DNA of 64,000 bases. Source: Candidatus Altiarchaeales archaeon (lineage in GTDB: Archaea > Altiarchaeota > Altiarchaeia > IMC4 > SCGC-AAA252-I15). A program made the translations under genes and the position numbers. The stretch is from the NCBI GenBank assembly GCA_014727915.1, contig WJMO01000007.1, positions 1 to 64,000 on the forward strand. The letters run 5' to 3'. A model generated the notes under the pieces. That model made no database searches. It saw only the letters and a list, made by a program, of their open reading frames with translations, and had not been told where the DNA came from. Below, in pieces: positions 8,816 to 17,106 of this stretch (positions within the stretch are counted from its first letter, which is position 1; every line of letters begins with the position of its first letter).

Positions 8816-9880
8816 ATGCAAGAGAAAATCCTCAAGATAATCGTCGGAGTAAGTGTAATAGCCCTTGTAGTAGTTTCTATTCTATTTTTTCAAAATAACA
8901 ATACACTCATGTTTTTCATCTCAATTGCAGCTAATTTTATCCAAATATTACTCTTCATTACTTGGTATTTCCAAGAGAATCCCATCCCTAAAAAAACTAT
9001 CACACAAATTGATGAGATACACCAAGCGACAAAGATACGGGAAGAGAAATACAAACGTAAGGAAATAATTATTACAAGGTTAATGAAGGAGGGTTTGATA
9101 AGAGAGTATGATCTTAAAAAGATATTTCAATCTCTTAAAAACAGGGAAGTTTTTCTGATACATACCTATGGTGAGGGAGTACCGGAAAATCTAAGAGAAT
9201 CATATAAGGGGGAATCACAGCCATTAATCACTATTTTAACAAAAATTGGATTTGTTAGAGTATTCGGGCAACATAACCTTTTTATTATTTTTAGAAAAAA
9301 TTTGCCAAGAAGTCTAAGGTCTTTGCAACGGTTGGAAGAATTCTTACTAAAAGAAGTGGAAAAAGTTTGGGAGAAGATTGGGAACTATACAAGAGAAAAA
9401 TATCCTGGTACAGACTATAAAATATATGAAAAATGGAGAACAAATGAAGGGTTTAAATGTAGTTATCTCATATTCAAAGCTGTGGAAGAGGATTTTATTG
9501 TAGGCTATAAAACAAGATACTCCTTTACTCCTCAATTTGTAAATTCAATTATTCGAGAGATTGAAATTGAGAAGATAAAACCATTAATTGACAACAGAGT
9601 AAAACTTCAAGAATTCGTAACGAAAACAAGTATTGAAATATTTTTAGAAGATTTCCCGAAAGACATTAAAAAAGCGATCCTGAATCAAGAACAAAGGTTA
9701 AAAAGTGCATTGGAAATAAAGAATTTCACTGATTTTAAGAATTTTACTTGTGAGACGCTCACTCAACAGTTTAATAAGTTGATTGGAGCAAACCCAGAAT
9801 GGGATAAGTATTCAGAATTGATTATAACCCAGGCAAAAGAATTTTATGATATACTTTATGAGTTAGGAATGGAAGCATAA
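8816..9880 (+). CDS. Hypothetical protein with N-terminal transmembrane helices (island cargo)
   Basis: 354-aa AT-rich ORF with two N-terminal hydrophobic segments followed by a soluble helical domain. Confidence 0.75.
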   Translation: MQEKILKIIVGVSVIALVVVSILFFQNNNTLMFFISIAANFIQILLFITWYFQENPIPKKTITQIDEIHQATKIREEKYKRKEIIITRLMKEGLIREYDLKKIFQSLKNREVFLIHTYGEGVPENLRESYKGESQPLITILTKIGFVRVFGQHNLFIIFRKNLPRSLRSLQRLEEFLLKEVEKVWEKIGNYTREKYPGTDYKIYEKWRTNEGFKCSYLIFKAVEEDFIVGYKTRYSFTPQFVNSIIREIEIEKIKPLIDNRVKLQEFVTKTSIEIFLEDFPKDIKKAILNQEQRLKSALEIKNFTDFKNFTCETLTQQFNKLIGANPEWDKYSELIITQAKEFYDILYELGMEA

Positions 9881-9909
9881 GTCAATTTACATACTGAGTC
9901 AATAAGGAA

Positions 9910-9944
9910 CTGTTTGTTCTGGTTAGCCATCTGTTTGTTCTGGT
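9910..9944 (+). repeat. 14-bp direct repeat CTGTTTGTTCTGGT x2 (21-bp period) near the island right end
   Basis: Copies at 9910-9923 and 9931-9944; related TTGTTCTTGGT at about 10028. Confidence 0.6.
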
Positions 9945-10030
9945 GCAACCTAGCCTCTTGATGGGGAAATCGCCTTTCAAAGTATAGTCATCGAGCCCCA
10001 GATATAGCCCAAGTATGCTGTTGGCCCTTG

Positions 10031-10155
10031 TTCTTGGTCTCCTGTTGGTGGTTTCGGCCGGGGCGTCGAACCATCCGACCGAATTTAGGGGCTGATATTT
10101 CAATCGATGATGGCTCTCTTTCTTGGTCGTCTGTTGGTAGTTTTGGCCGGGGCGT
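10031..10155 (+). repeat. Two tandem attR-like copies of the tRNA-Asp 3' end (89-bp period)
   Basis: 10031-10066 vs 10120-10155 match 32/36 nt. 10055-10092 matches 3070-3107 at 33/38 nt. Confidence 0.8.
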
Positions 10156-10333
10156 GATACACCACTGTTACAACATCATATGACTTCTCGGGCCATCATT
10201 CATATGAGCAGGTTTCGAACGCTGGGGAAGGTTTGCTTCCCGGCGCTATTGTGTTGGGGGGGTGGGCGTTGCTGAGTGTTTTGTGTTTTTTTAATCTTGC
10301 CGGGGTATATTAGTTCATCGGGGGTTTTTCGGA

Positions 10334-11149
10334 GTGAATATTAGGGTGTTGGCTTTAATGTTGGCATTGTTCTGCGTGGCTTCCGCAGCATCCGGAGAGG
10401 GTAGTGAACGGCAGAACTGCCTGTGCGCTTGCTTGGCCCCCCCTGGGGGGCAGTTCTCCTGCAGCTATGACACCGAGGACGCCGGCTGGTCCCCCTCATG
10501 CAAGGAGCTGTCCAACGGACCCTGCATCTGCAAGGCATACGGGTGCTTCCGAGGGCAGATACCGACCGAGGGCGAGTGCGTTGACAAGTGCTATGAAAAG
10601 CACCCTAAGAGCATGAGCGAGAAAGCGGGCGGCATCAAAGAGGCGGTTAAGGGAGCCCTGGGGAAACTCAAGGGAGGCGGGGAGGACCGTGCAGGAGAGG
10701 GTGGGACAGCAGCCAGCGAGGCCGCTGCCACAACGAACCCGACGACCACAACATACCCGTTCTTCGTGAAGGGCGGTCGGCCATACCACTCCCGGATCGG
10801 TGTTGCGGAACCCCCGCCGACAGAGGACTGCCCTGGGGGCGAGTGGATGCTGTTAGACACCCAATGGCAGACGATAGGCTACAAGAAAACCTACGTCCTA
10901 GAAGGATGGGAGAACTACACCCGACCCGGGCCCCGACCGGGTTTTATCGGTTTCTTCAAGGACATCGGAGGCCTTGTCTCAGACCTTTGGAATGGATTCT
11001 GGGGTAAAACAACTGACGGGAGATATGAGGATAGCGCCTGCGACTACATCGCAGACCACACCTTCCAGTGCAGCACGAAACTGGAGCTGGTGAGGAACAT
11101 AGAGCAGAGAGAGACCGTAGACCACGAGCCATGCTACACAAAAGCCTAG
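10334..11149 (+). CDS. Secreted cysteine-rich hypothetical protein
   Basis: Signal peptide (MNIRVLALMLALFCVASAA), N-terminal domain with 8 Cys, Thr/Ala linker. Confidence 0.7.
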   Translation: MNIRVLALMLALFCVASAASGEGSERQNCLCACLAPPGGQFSCSYDTEDAGWSPSCKELSNGPCICKAYGCFRGQIPTEGECVDKCYEKHPKSMSEKAGGIKEAVKGALGKLKGGGEDRAGEGGTAASEAAATTNPTTTTYPFFVKGGRPYHSRIGVAEPPPTEDCPGGEWMLLDTQWQTIGYKKTYVLEGWENYTRPGPRPGFIGFFKDIGGLVSDLWNGFWGKTTDGRYEDSACDYIADHTFQCSTKLELVRNIEQRETVDHEPCYTKA

Positions 11150-11265
11150 CCGAGGATTACCCAGACAAGATAGCGTTTCCCAAAGCCATGGAAACAGAAA
11201 TGGTTTACAAGGTATATTAAAGGGGTTTTCTCGCGTATTTAACTTTGTATTTTGAATTCTCTTGG

Positions 11266-12951
11266 ATGAAAGGCTATCGTAGGTTCAAGCCCCAGCAGCG
11301 TAGGGTGGCTTATTTCACGATAGAGATGGGCCTCGAGCCCGAGATACCCACCTACTCAGGCGGGTTGGGGATATTGGCGGGTGACACGGTCAAGACGTTC
11401 GCAGACCTCAAGTACCCAGCGGTGGCCGTCACATTGCTCAATGAGAAGGGATATTTCTACCAGGACCTAGAAAAAGACGGGAACCAGAGGGAAGCCCCCG
11501 TAGACTGGGATTTCAAGAGTCAACTGCAGCCCATACCCGAGAAGGTCACCGTTAACCTGGAGGGACGGGACATAATCGTTCAGGGCTGGGTTAAACCGGT
11601 TGAGGGCGTGGCAGGTGATGTGGTGCCTGTGATATTCCTGGACACGAACCTGGAAGCCAACAACATGTTAGACCGCGGCCTCACCAGCCAATTGTACGGC
11701 GGCGACTTGAGATACCGGCTGATGCAGGAAGCCATATTGGGAGTGGGCGGGGCGAGGCTGCTCCAGGTCCTGGACCACGACAACCTCGGATCCTACCATA
11801 TGAACGAAGGCCATTCTGCGCTGCTGACCTTGGAGCTGATGGACCGTTACGAAGGCGACCTGGAGAGGGTGCGGAGGCTCTGCGTATTCACCACCCACAC
11901 CCCGATCGCAGCCGGACATGACACGTTCGACCTGGAACTCGCTAAGGCGGTCCTAGGGGAGATGTTCGACGTTGAATCCCTAAAACACGACAACATAGTG
12001 GACGAGAGGAACCTCCTTAACATGACATACCTGGCACTATACCATTCGGGTTTCATAAACGCCGTGGGCAAGATGCACGGGGAAGTTACCAAGAGGATGT
12101 TCCCCCACTACGACATAAACGCCATAACCAACGGAGTGCACCCCAACACCTGGGTGTCCGAGCACATGGCGAAAGTCTTCGACAGATACATACCCCAGTG
12201 GCGGACTGACCCCTACACACTAAGAAACGCTCTGCGCATACCCAAGAAGAAGCTCTGCGGCGCACACCATAAGGCCAAAAAGGAGCTGATAGACTTCATA
12301 AACCACCACTACAAGAGCGGATTCGAATATGACGCCCTCACAATGGGCTTCGCCAGGCGGGCGGCAACATACAAGAGAGCCGACCTCCTATTCCAAGACA
12401 CACAGCGCCTTAAGGACATCGTGTCCAGAGAGGGGAAGTTGCAGGTGATATACGGGGGGAAAGCCCACCCACAGGACGAAGGCGGCAAGCAGCTGATAAG
12501 GAAGGTCTTCAAGCACTTCAAGGAGGTGGAGGACAAGATAAAGGTGGTTTACATGAAAAACTATGAGATATTCACCGCCAAACTGTTGGTCGCCGGCGCG
12601 GACCTGTGGCTCAACACCCCGAAGAAACCCATGGAAGCTTCCGGAACGTCGGGGATGAAAGCGGCGTTGAACGGCGTCATAAACTTCTCCGTCCTCGACG
12701 GCTGGTGGCTCGAAGGATACGTGAAAGACTACACAGGATACAGCATAGGCTCTCCCACGAGGGAGGAGACCGCCGACGAAGAGGACGCCGACGACCTCTA
12801 CACCAAACTGGAAGGGGACATACTACCAACATACTACGGCAACAGGAGGAAATGGGAGGAGATGATGGTCCAGAACATAGCGTTGAACGGGAGCTTCTTC
12901 CACACCCACCGGATGGTCTCACAGTACGTGATCCAAGCCTACTCCAGGTGA
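11266..12951 (+). CDS. glgP: Alpha-glucan (glycogen/maltodextrin) phosphorylase
   Basis: YSGGLGILAGD, HMNEGH, FTTHTP, ITNGVH, FARRAATYKR, GKAHP, EASGTSGMKA (PLP lysine), SVLDGWW. Confidence 0.95.
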   Translation: MKGYRRFKPQQRRVAYFTIEMGLEPEIPTYSGGLGILAGDTVKTFADLKYPAVAVTLLNEKGYFYQDLEKDGNQREAPVDWDFKSQLQPIPEKVTVNLEGRDIIVQGWVKPVEGVAGDVVPVIFLDTNLEANNMLDRGLTSQLYGGDLRYRLMQEAILGVGGARLLQVLDHDNLGSYHMNEGHSALLTLELMDRYEGDLERVRRLCVFTTHTPIAAGHDTFDLELAKAVLGEMFDVESLKHDNIVDERNLLNMTYLALYHSGFINAVGKMHGEVTKRMFPHYDINAITNGVHPNTWVSEHMAKVFDRYIPQWRTDPYTLRNALRIPKKKLCGAHHKAKKELIDFINHHYKSGFEYDALTMGFARRAATYKRADLLFQDTQRLKDIVSREGKLQVIYGGKAHPQDEGGKQLIRKVFKHFKEVEDKIKVVYMKNYEIFTAKLLVAGADLWLNTPKKPMEASGTSGMKAALNGVINFSVLDGWWLEGYVKDYTGYSIGSPTREETADEEDADDLYTKLEGDILPTYYGNRRKWEEMMVQNIALNGSFFHTHRMVSQYVIQAYSR

Positions 12952-12961
12952 CAGTATAGTT

Positions 12962-13291
12962 TTAACCTGTCCTACCGTAGTCGTCTTCTAGGCGTATGAC
13001 ATCCTCGACCTGGGGTGTGCTGACTTCGACCACTTTAACGTCCGATAGGGCGTTTATCCTGTGTTTGACCCCGGGTTTTATGGTGATGGACTCGCCCTCA
13101 GCGAGTTCGAGTTCCTCGTCTCCGAAGGTCAAGGCCATCCTGCCCTCCAGCAGGTACATGGTCTCCTTCTTTTCCTCGTGGAACTGCAGGCTCAGGCGCT
13201 CCCCCTTCTTAACCTCTATGATCTTGCCGACGTACTCGTCCTCCACCGCGAACCATATCTCCCGGCCCCAAGGCTTATCCACGACCTTCAT
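12962..13291 (-). CDS. Cupin domain protein (mannose-6-phosphate isomerase type II C-terminal-like)
   Basis: KPWG, RLSLQFHEEKKET, PGVKHRI, EVST, RLEDDYGR motifs. Confidence 0.85.
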   Translation of the reverse strand: MKVVDKPWGREIWFAVEDEYVGKIIEVKKGERLSLQFHEEKKETMYLLEGRMALTFGDEELELAEGESITIKPGVKHRINALSDVKVVEVSTPQVEDVIRLEDDYGRTG

Positions 13292-14069
13292 TTTTCTTCA
13301 GCGCGTAAACTAGGCCAAGGAGGTTCCTGACCTCAGCCAACCCCTTAAGATAGTATTTAGCCTTCGTATTAATGTAGTCCTTCTCCTTCGACCGCACCAG
13401 AACGCCGAAACCCCGTTTTTTCACCGCCTTGAATGCGGGCTCGTCCGCCTCGTCATCGCCTATGTAGACGTACATGTTCTCGCTCCCATAGCGTTTTATT
13501 ATCTCTTCCATGGCCTCCCCCTTGTCGGGGAGCCCCTTGGGCTGGAACTCCACGGTCATCCGCCCATAGACGGGGGTGAACAGCCTGCCCACGCCCCTTA
13601 CCGACATGGCCTTCTCAACAGCTTCTTGAAGGGCTGCGTCCTTCAGGGCGGAAGCCACGTTACGCACGTGGAACACGGTGCTGGCCTCCTTCTTCTCGAC
13701 CCTGGCCCCGTATTTCCGGGTCAACGGGGCGAGGAGCGAGTTCATCTTCCCTAGCATGAGGGTTATACTGGACTTGTTCCGCCTGTACTCTCTCGTCAGG
13801 AAGACGCCCCTTTCAGCTATGACCTCTACCCCCGGGACGTTGAAGGTCTTGCGCATGAAAGGCCTGGTACGCCCAGTTAGTATGACCACCCTAACGTCCT
13901 TAAGCTTTGAGAGACTGCAAAGGGAGCGTTCCATGGACTTGGATAGCCGAACATCCTCGAACCTGCGGCGGACGCGCGTCAAGGTGCCGTCGAAGTCGAG
14001 CACGAGCACGAGATGACGTCCTTTTGAGGCTGCAATCTCTTTCTTCAGGTTTGGAAGTGCATTTCTCAT
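13275..14069 (-). CDS. otsB: Trehalose-6-phosphate phosphatase (HAD IIB)
   Basis: LDFDGTL, LTGR, EKK...FHVR, DKG and YIGDDEADEPAF motifs. Confidence 0.85.
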   Translation of the reverse strand: MRNALPNLKKEIAASKGRHLVLVLDFDGTLTRVRRRFEDVRLSKSMERSLCSLSKLKDVRVVILTGRTRPFMRKTFNVPGVEVIAERGVFLTREYRRNKSSITLMLGKMNSLLAPLTRKYGARVEKKEASTVFHVRNVASALKDAALQEAVEKAMSVRGVGRLFTPVYGRMTVEFQPKGLPDKGEAMEEIIKRYGSENMYVYIGDDEADEPAFKAVKKRGFGVLVRSKEKDYINTKAKYYLKGLAEVRNLLGLVYALKKNEGRG

Positions 14070-15247
14070 TTGCCGTGTTTCTTGCGTTTTTTACGATGAG
14101 AGTTTATGGCGCTGTTGTACACCTTCATCGTCTTCCGGGCGATCACGTCGGGTGTCAGGTTCCGGTGAACGTACTTGATCCCCTTCTCACGGCATTGATC
14201 ATAAAGTTCCTCGTTCTCTATGAGCTGTAGTATCTTGTCAGCCAGGTCGAAGGGGTCCTCGACATCGGCTATCAGGCCCCCGCCGGATTTCGAGACCAGC
14301 TCGTTGGGGCCGGGTATGTTATACACCACAACTGGAGTCCCATGTGACATCGCCTCCACCAGGACTATGCCAAAGGACTCCCTGCGGGTGTAGGCGGGCA
14401 GGACGAACACCTTCGCCTTCTTATAGGTTTCCGTGAGCTCCTCGTCTTTGAGGTACTCCTCGATGAAATCCTCGTATTTCAACAGCCTCTTACGGCCGAT
14501 CCTCTTTATCTTATCCAGGAACGGGCCGCGGCCCACGATCTTCAAACGCATGTGCGGGTGCTTCTTGTGGATTATCGAGAACGCGTTCACCAGGTGGTCG
14601 ACTCCCTTGTACCAGATGAGCCGTCCGACGAACAGAATGTAGTTCTCCTTCTCCACCTTGCCCGGCTTCTCAGGCAGGGTCGAGCACATGGGTATCACGC
14701 GGAGTTTCCTGTGGAAGCCCTGCATCTCCTCTGACGTCTCAGCGTAGGCCCTCGTGCTCATGATGATCCTGTCGGACATCTTGAACAGCTCCCTGACGAA
14801 GACCTTGCTCGCAACCCTGGCGAACTCCCGGTACTTGTCGTCGAACTCCTTGTCACGCGTGTAGTCGCAGTGGTGGGTGGTGACCAGGGGGATGTTCATG
14901 TCCCTCAATGCTTCGGTGACCTGCCATGCCAGTGTGGGGTAGGGAGTGTGCGCGTGGACCAGATCATAGTCTGAGAACTCCCTTATCTTCTCCTCCAGGC
15001 CGTGTATGTAGGGCATCCTGCTCGGAAGCATCCGGGAGTTCATACGGTAGATCTCGATGCCCTCGGGGGTCACCTCATGGCGTATTATCTTATCCTTCTT
15101 GGAGGCGATGTCGGACGTGAGTATGGTGACCTTATGGCCGTCCTTAACATGCTGGAGAGCTAGTAGTTTGCAGTATCTCTCCGCGCCACCCTCATGCGGG
15201 AAATAATAGTCGATCACATGCAGTATTTTCACTTTGGCCCACAACAT
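14066..15247 (-). CDS. Glycosyltransferase family 4
   Basis: GGAE, HAH, FVGRL..KG and ESFGIVLVEAMSHGTPVV motifs. Likely start is 15247 (track extends to 15319). Confidence 0.9.
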   Translation of the reverse strand: MLWAKVKILHVIDYYFPHEGGAERYCKLLALQHVKDGHKVTILTSDIASKKDKIIRHEVTPEGIEIYRMNSRMLPSRMPYIHGLEEKIREFSDYDLVHAHTPYPTLAWQVTEALRDMNIPLVTTHHCDYTRDKEFDDKYREFARVASKVFVRELFKMSDRIIMSTRAYAETSEEMQGFHRKLRVIPMCSTLPEKPGKVEKENYILFVGRLIWYKGVDHLVNAFSIIHKKHPHMRLKIVGRGPFLDKIKRIGRKRLLKYEDFIEEYLKDEELTETYKKAKVFVLPAYTRRESFGIVLVEAMSHGTPVVVYNIPGPNELVSKSGGGLIADVEDPFDLADKILQLIENEELYDQCREKGIKYVHRNLTPDVIARKTMKVYNSAINSHRKKRKKHGK

Positions 15248-15359
15248 ATTTTGACCGAAGATATAAATATGCCATATAATTTTTTTCTTAAATTTTTCAA
15301 GTAATTGGGGGAAAAACATGAATATGTAATATTTTTTGTCTGAGTCAGTATCATAACAT

Positions 15360-15587
15360 ATGACCAGGAGGAGATTGTGCTATTTCAGGGGCAAGAACCC
15401 ACTCGACGACGACGTGGCAGCCGTGGCCGTGAAGAGGGCCGGAGGTGAAGACGAGGTTTTCACCACCTTAAGCGGTTCGCGGGTGAGGGACAGGCCAGAT
15501 GAGCAGTTCCCACCGGACGTGCAGGTTTACATGAGACCGGTTGCTGTGAAGCTCTTCGAGTTCCGTGAGAGAGAAAACGCAGACTAA
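15360..15587 (+). CDS. Small hypothetical protein
   Basis: 75-aa ORF after an AT-rich promoter-like region; fills the gap and ends 4 nt from the convergent gene. Confidence 0.45.
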   Translation: MTRRRLCYFRGKNPLDDDVAAVAVKRAGGEDEVFTTLSGSRVRDRPDEQFPPDVQVYMRPVAVKLFEFRERENAD

Positions 15588-15591
15588 GCGT

Positions 15592-17052
15592 CTAGGGCCC
15601 TCCGTATACTACCCTGTTCCTTTTGCCGGAATGCTTCGAACCGTTAAGGCGGTCAAGGCCGATGCCTATCAGCTCATGGTATATCCTCATGGGGTCAACC
15701 CCCAGGTCCTCTGACTCCAGCATGCTGGCCGCCCCTACGGTGACAGTAACGGTTCCGGGGGGCAGGCCGAGTATTATGTTGCTTCCAGACTCCTGGACTG
15801 TAGTGTCTTCCGTCACCATTATCCTGTTATGTCCATCCCGGACCCTGAGCAGGGAAACGTCATCTCCTCGGACGATAAGGTCCTTCTTATCCGCAGGCAG
15901 TGCGACTGTGAACCTGTGACTCTCAACAGCGTCCTTTATGCCGGAAAGCCGCGATAAAGAGTTCACAGCCCCGTCCCACATGATGAACGTGAACTCGTCG
16001 CCGCCGTAGGCCCCCATTATGCCGTCTTCTCCAAGGACCTTCTTTGACAGTCTTACGAACTGGCGGATCACAGACGAGGCGGCAACGTGTCCGAAGGGGG
16101 AAACGACATGGTCTTTGAAACCGTCCAGGTCGCTGACTGCCAGTATAACGGACTCTGGGCTTTCAAGGTTCGAGGTGAGATGCTCGCGGGACCTGGCTTC
16201 GAAACTCCTCCGGTCCATCGCGCCCGATATAGGGTCTTCTGCCAGGCGGCTTTTCTTGTGTATCTCAACTGCTATGGGGCCCGCGACTACGCCTACGTTC
16301 TCCAGGTCGCTCTCTCCGATGTTGCGAGTGCTCCTGTTCAACAGCATGACACACCCTATTATGTTCTTGTCACCGTCGGCGGGCAGGATGTTCAACGGCA
16401 CCACCGCCATCTTCCGCACGTCATCCCCGACAACCACAAGGTCCTGTTCAACGGGTTTGACGTTCACGGCTTCGGAACCGGTCAGGATGGACTTGACTAT
16501 CTCCGACTCGCCGGATAGCTCCCGCGTGGGGCGGAATAGCTTGCCGCCCCGCATGTGATAGTATTGTATGGTTCCGCCGTCAAGCGTGATCGGGTCTTCC
16601 GTGATCAAAGCTATGCCAACATCGCTGACATGGGTCATCCCCGATAGCCCGGAGATGGTATGCCTCACTGTGTCACGCAGGGAGAGTGTGGGATCGCCTA
16701 TGGTGGATGTGAGCTTTTCACGCATGGCATACTCCGGCTTGGTAGTCAGTGCGCCTGTGATCACGTCCACTGCGAAGTCAACCGTCCTACCCCGGTATTC
16801 TGGAATGCGTATCCTCGCATCCCCGATCGAAGTCCCGTCGCCCTTCCGAACACCCTGGGGTATGCTTATCCTCCAGTCGAGTATCTCGACTCCCGTGGGG
16901 TCCAATGGGACGACCCTGTCGCCCTGGTCCTCTATGAGCCGGAAGTCCTCCCCGCCCCGCATCTTGGAGGGGTCATAAGCCTGAAGATCCGCATCATATG
17001 GGTTCACCACCATGCTTATACGGGGGTAAATCCGTCGCGCCTTCTCGGGCAT
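15592..17052 (-). CDS. GAF + GGDEF domain protein (divergent dinucleotide cyclase-like)
   Basis: GAF-like MAVVPL..IIGCVMLLN..ESDLE; DPISGAMDRRSF, SDLDGFK, FGH, YGGDEF, VTVTVG and SKHSGKRNRV. Confidence 0.82.
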   Translation of the reverse strand: MPEKARRIYPRISMVVNPYDADLQAYDPSKMRGGEDFRLIEDQGDRVVPLDPTGVEILDWRISIPQGVRKGDGTSIGDARIRIPEYRGRTVDFAVDVITGALTTKPEYAMREKLTSTIGDPTLSLRDTVRHTISGLSGMTHVSDVGIALITEDPITLDGGTIQYYHMRGGKLFRPTRELSGESEIVKSILTGSEAVNVKPVEQDLVVVGDDVRKMAVVPLNILPADGDKNIIGCVMLLNRSTRNIGESDLENVGVVAGPIAVEIHKKSRLAEDPISGAMDRRSFEARSREHLTSNLESPESVILAVSDLDGFKDHVVSPFGHVAASSVIRQFVRLSKKVLGEDGIMGAYGGDEFTFIMWDGAVNSLSRLSGIKDAVESHRFTVALPADKKDLIVRGDDVSLLRVRDGHNRIMVTEDTTVQESGSNIILGLPPGTVTVTVGAASMLESEDLGVDPMRIYHELIGIGLDRLNGSKHSGKRNRVVYGGP

Positions 17053-17106
17053 GATAATATATTCGCATTATCTGGAAATAAAGAGGGTAAACTGCAGGTT
17101 TCACAT

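Larger units (their letters stand above)
3070..10066. mobile_element. Integrative element / defence island at tRNA-Asp (about 7 kb)
   Basis: Integrase abuts the tRNA 3' end. CGGCCGGGGCGT is repeated at 3070-3081 and 10055-10066. Cargo is visibly AT-rich relative to the flanks and includes RM-like genes. Confidence 0.88.

Noticed and set aside
3100-10066. Provirus; also avoidance of GTCGAC within the island
   Set aside because: No capsid, packaging or replication genes were recognised. I saw no GTCGAC in the island, but only about one site is expected in 7 kb of AT-rich DNA, so this is uninformative.
9882-10103. 73-aa minus-strand ORF at the island end
   Set aside because: Non-ATG start, spans the att site and DNA repeats, and its peptide repeats merely mirror those repeats.
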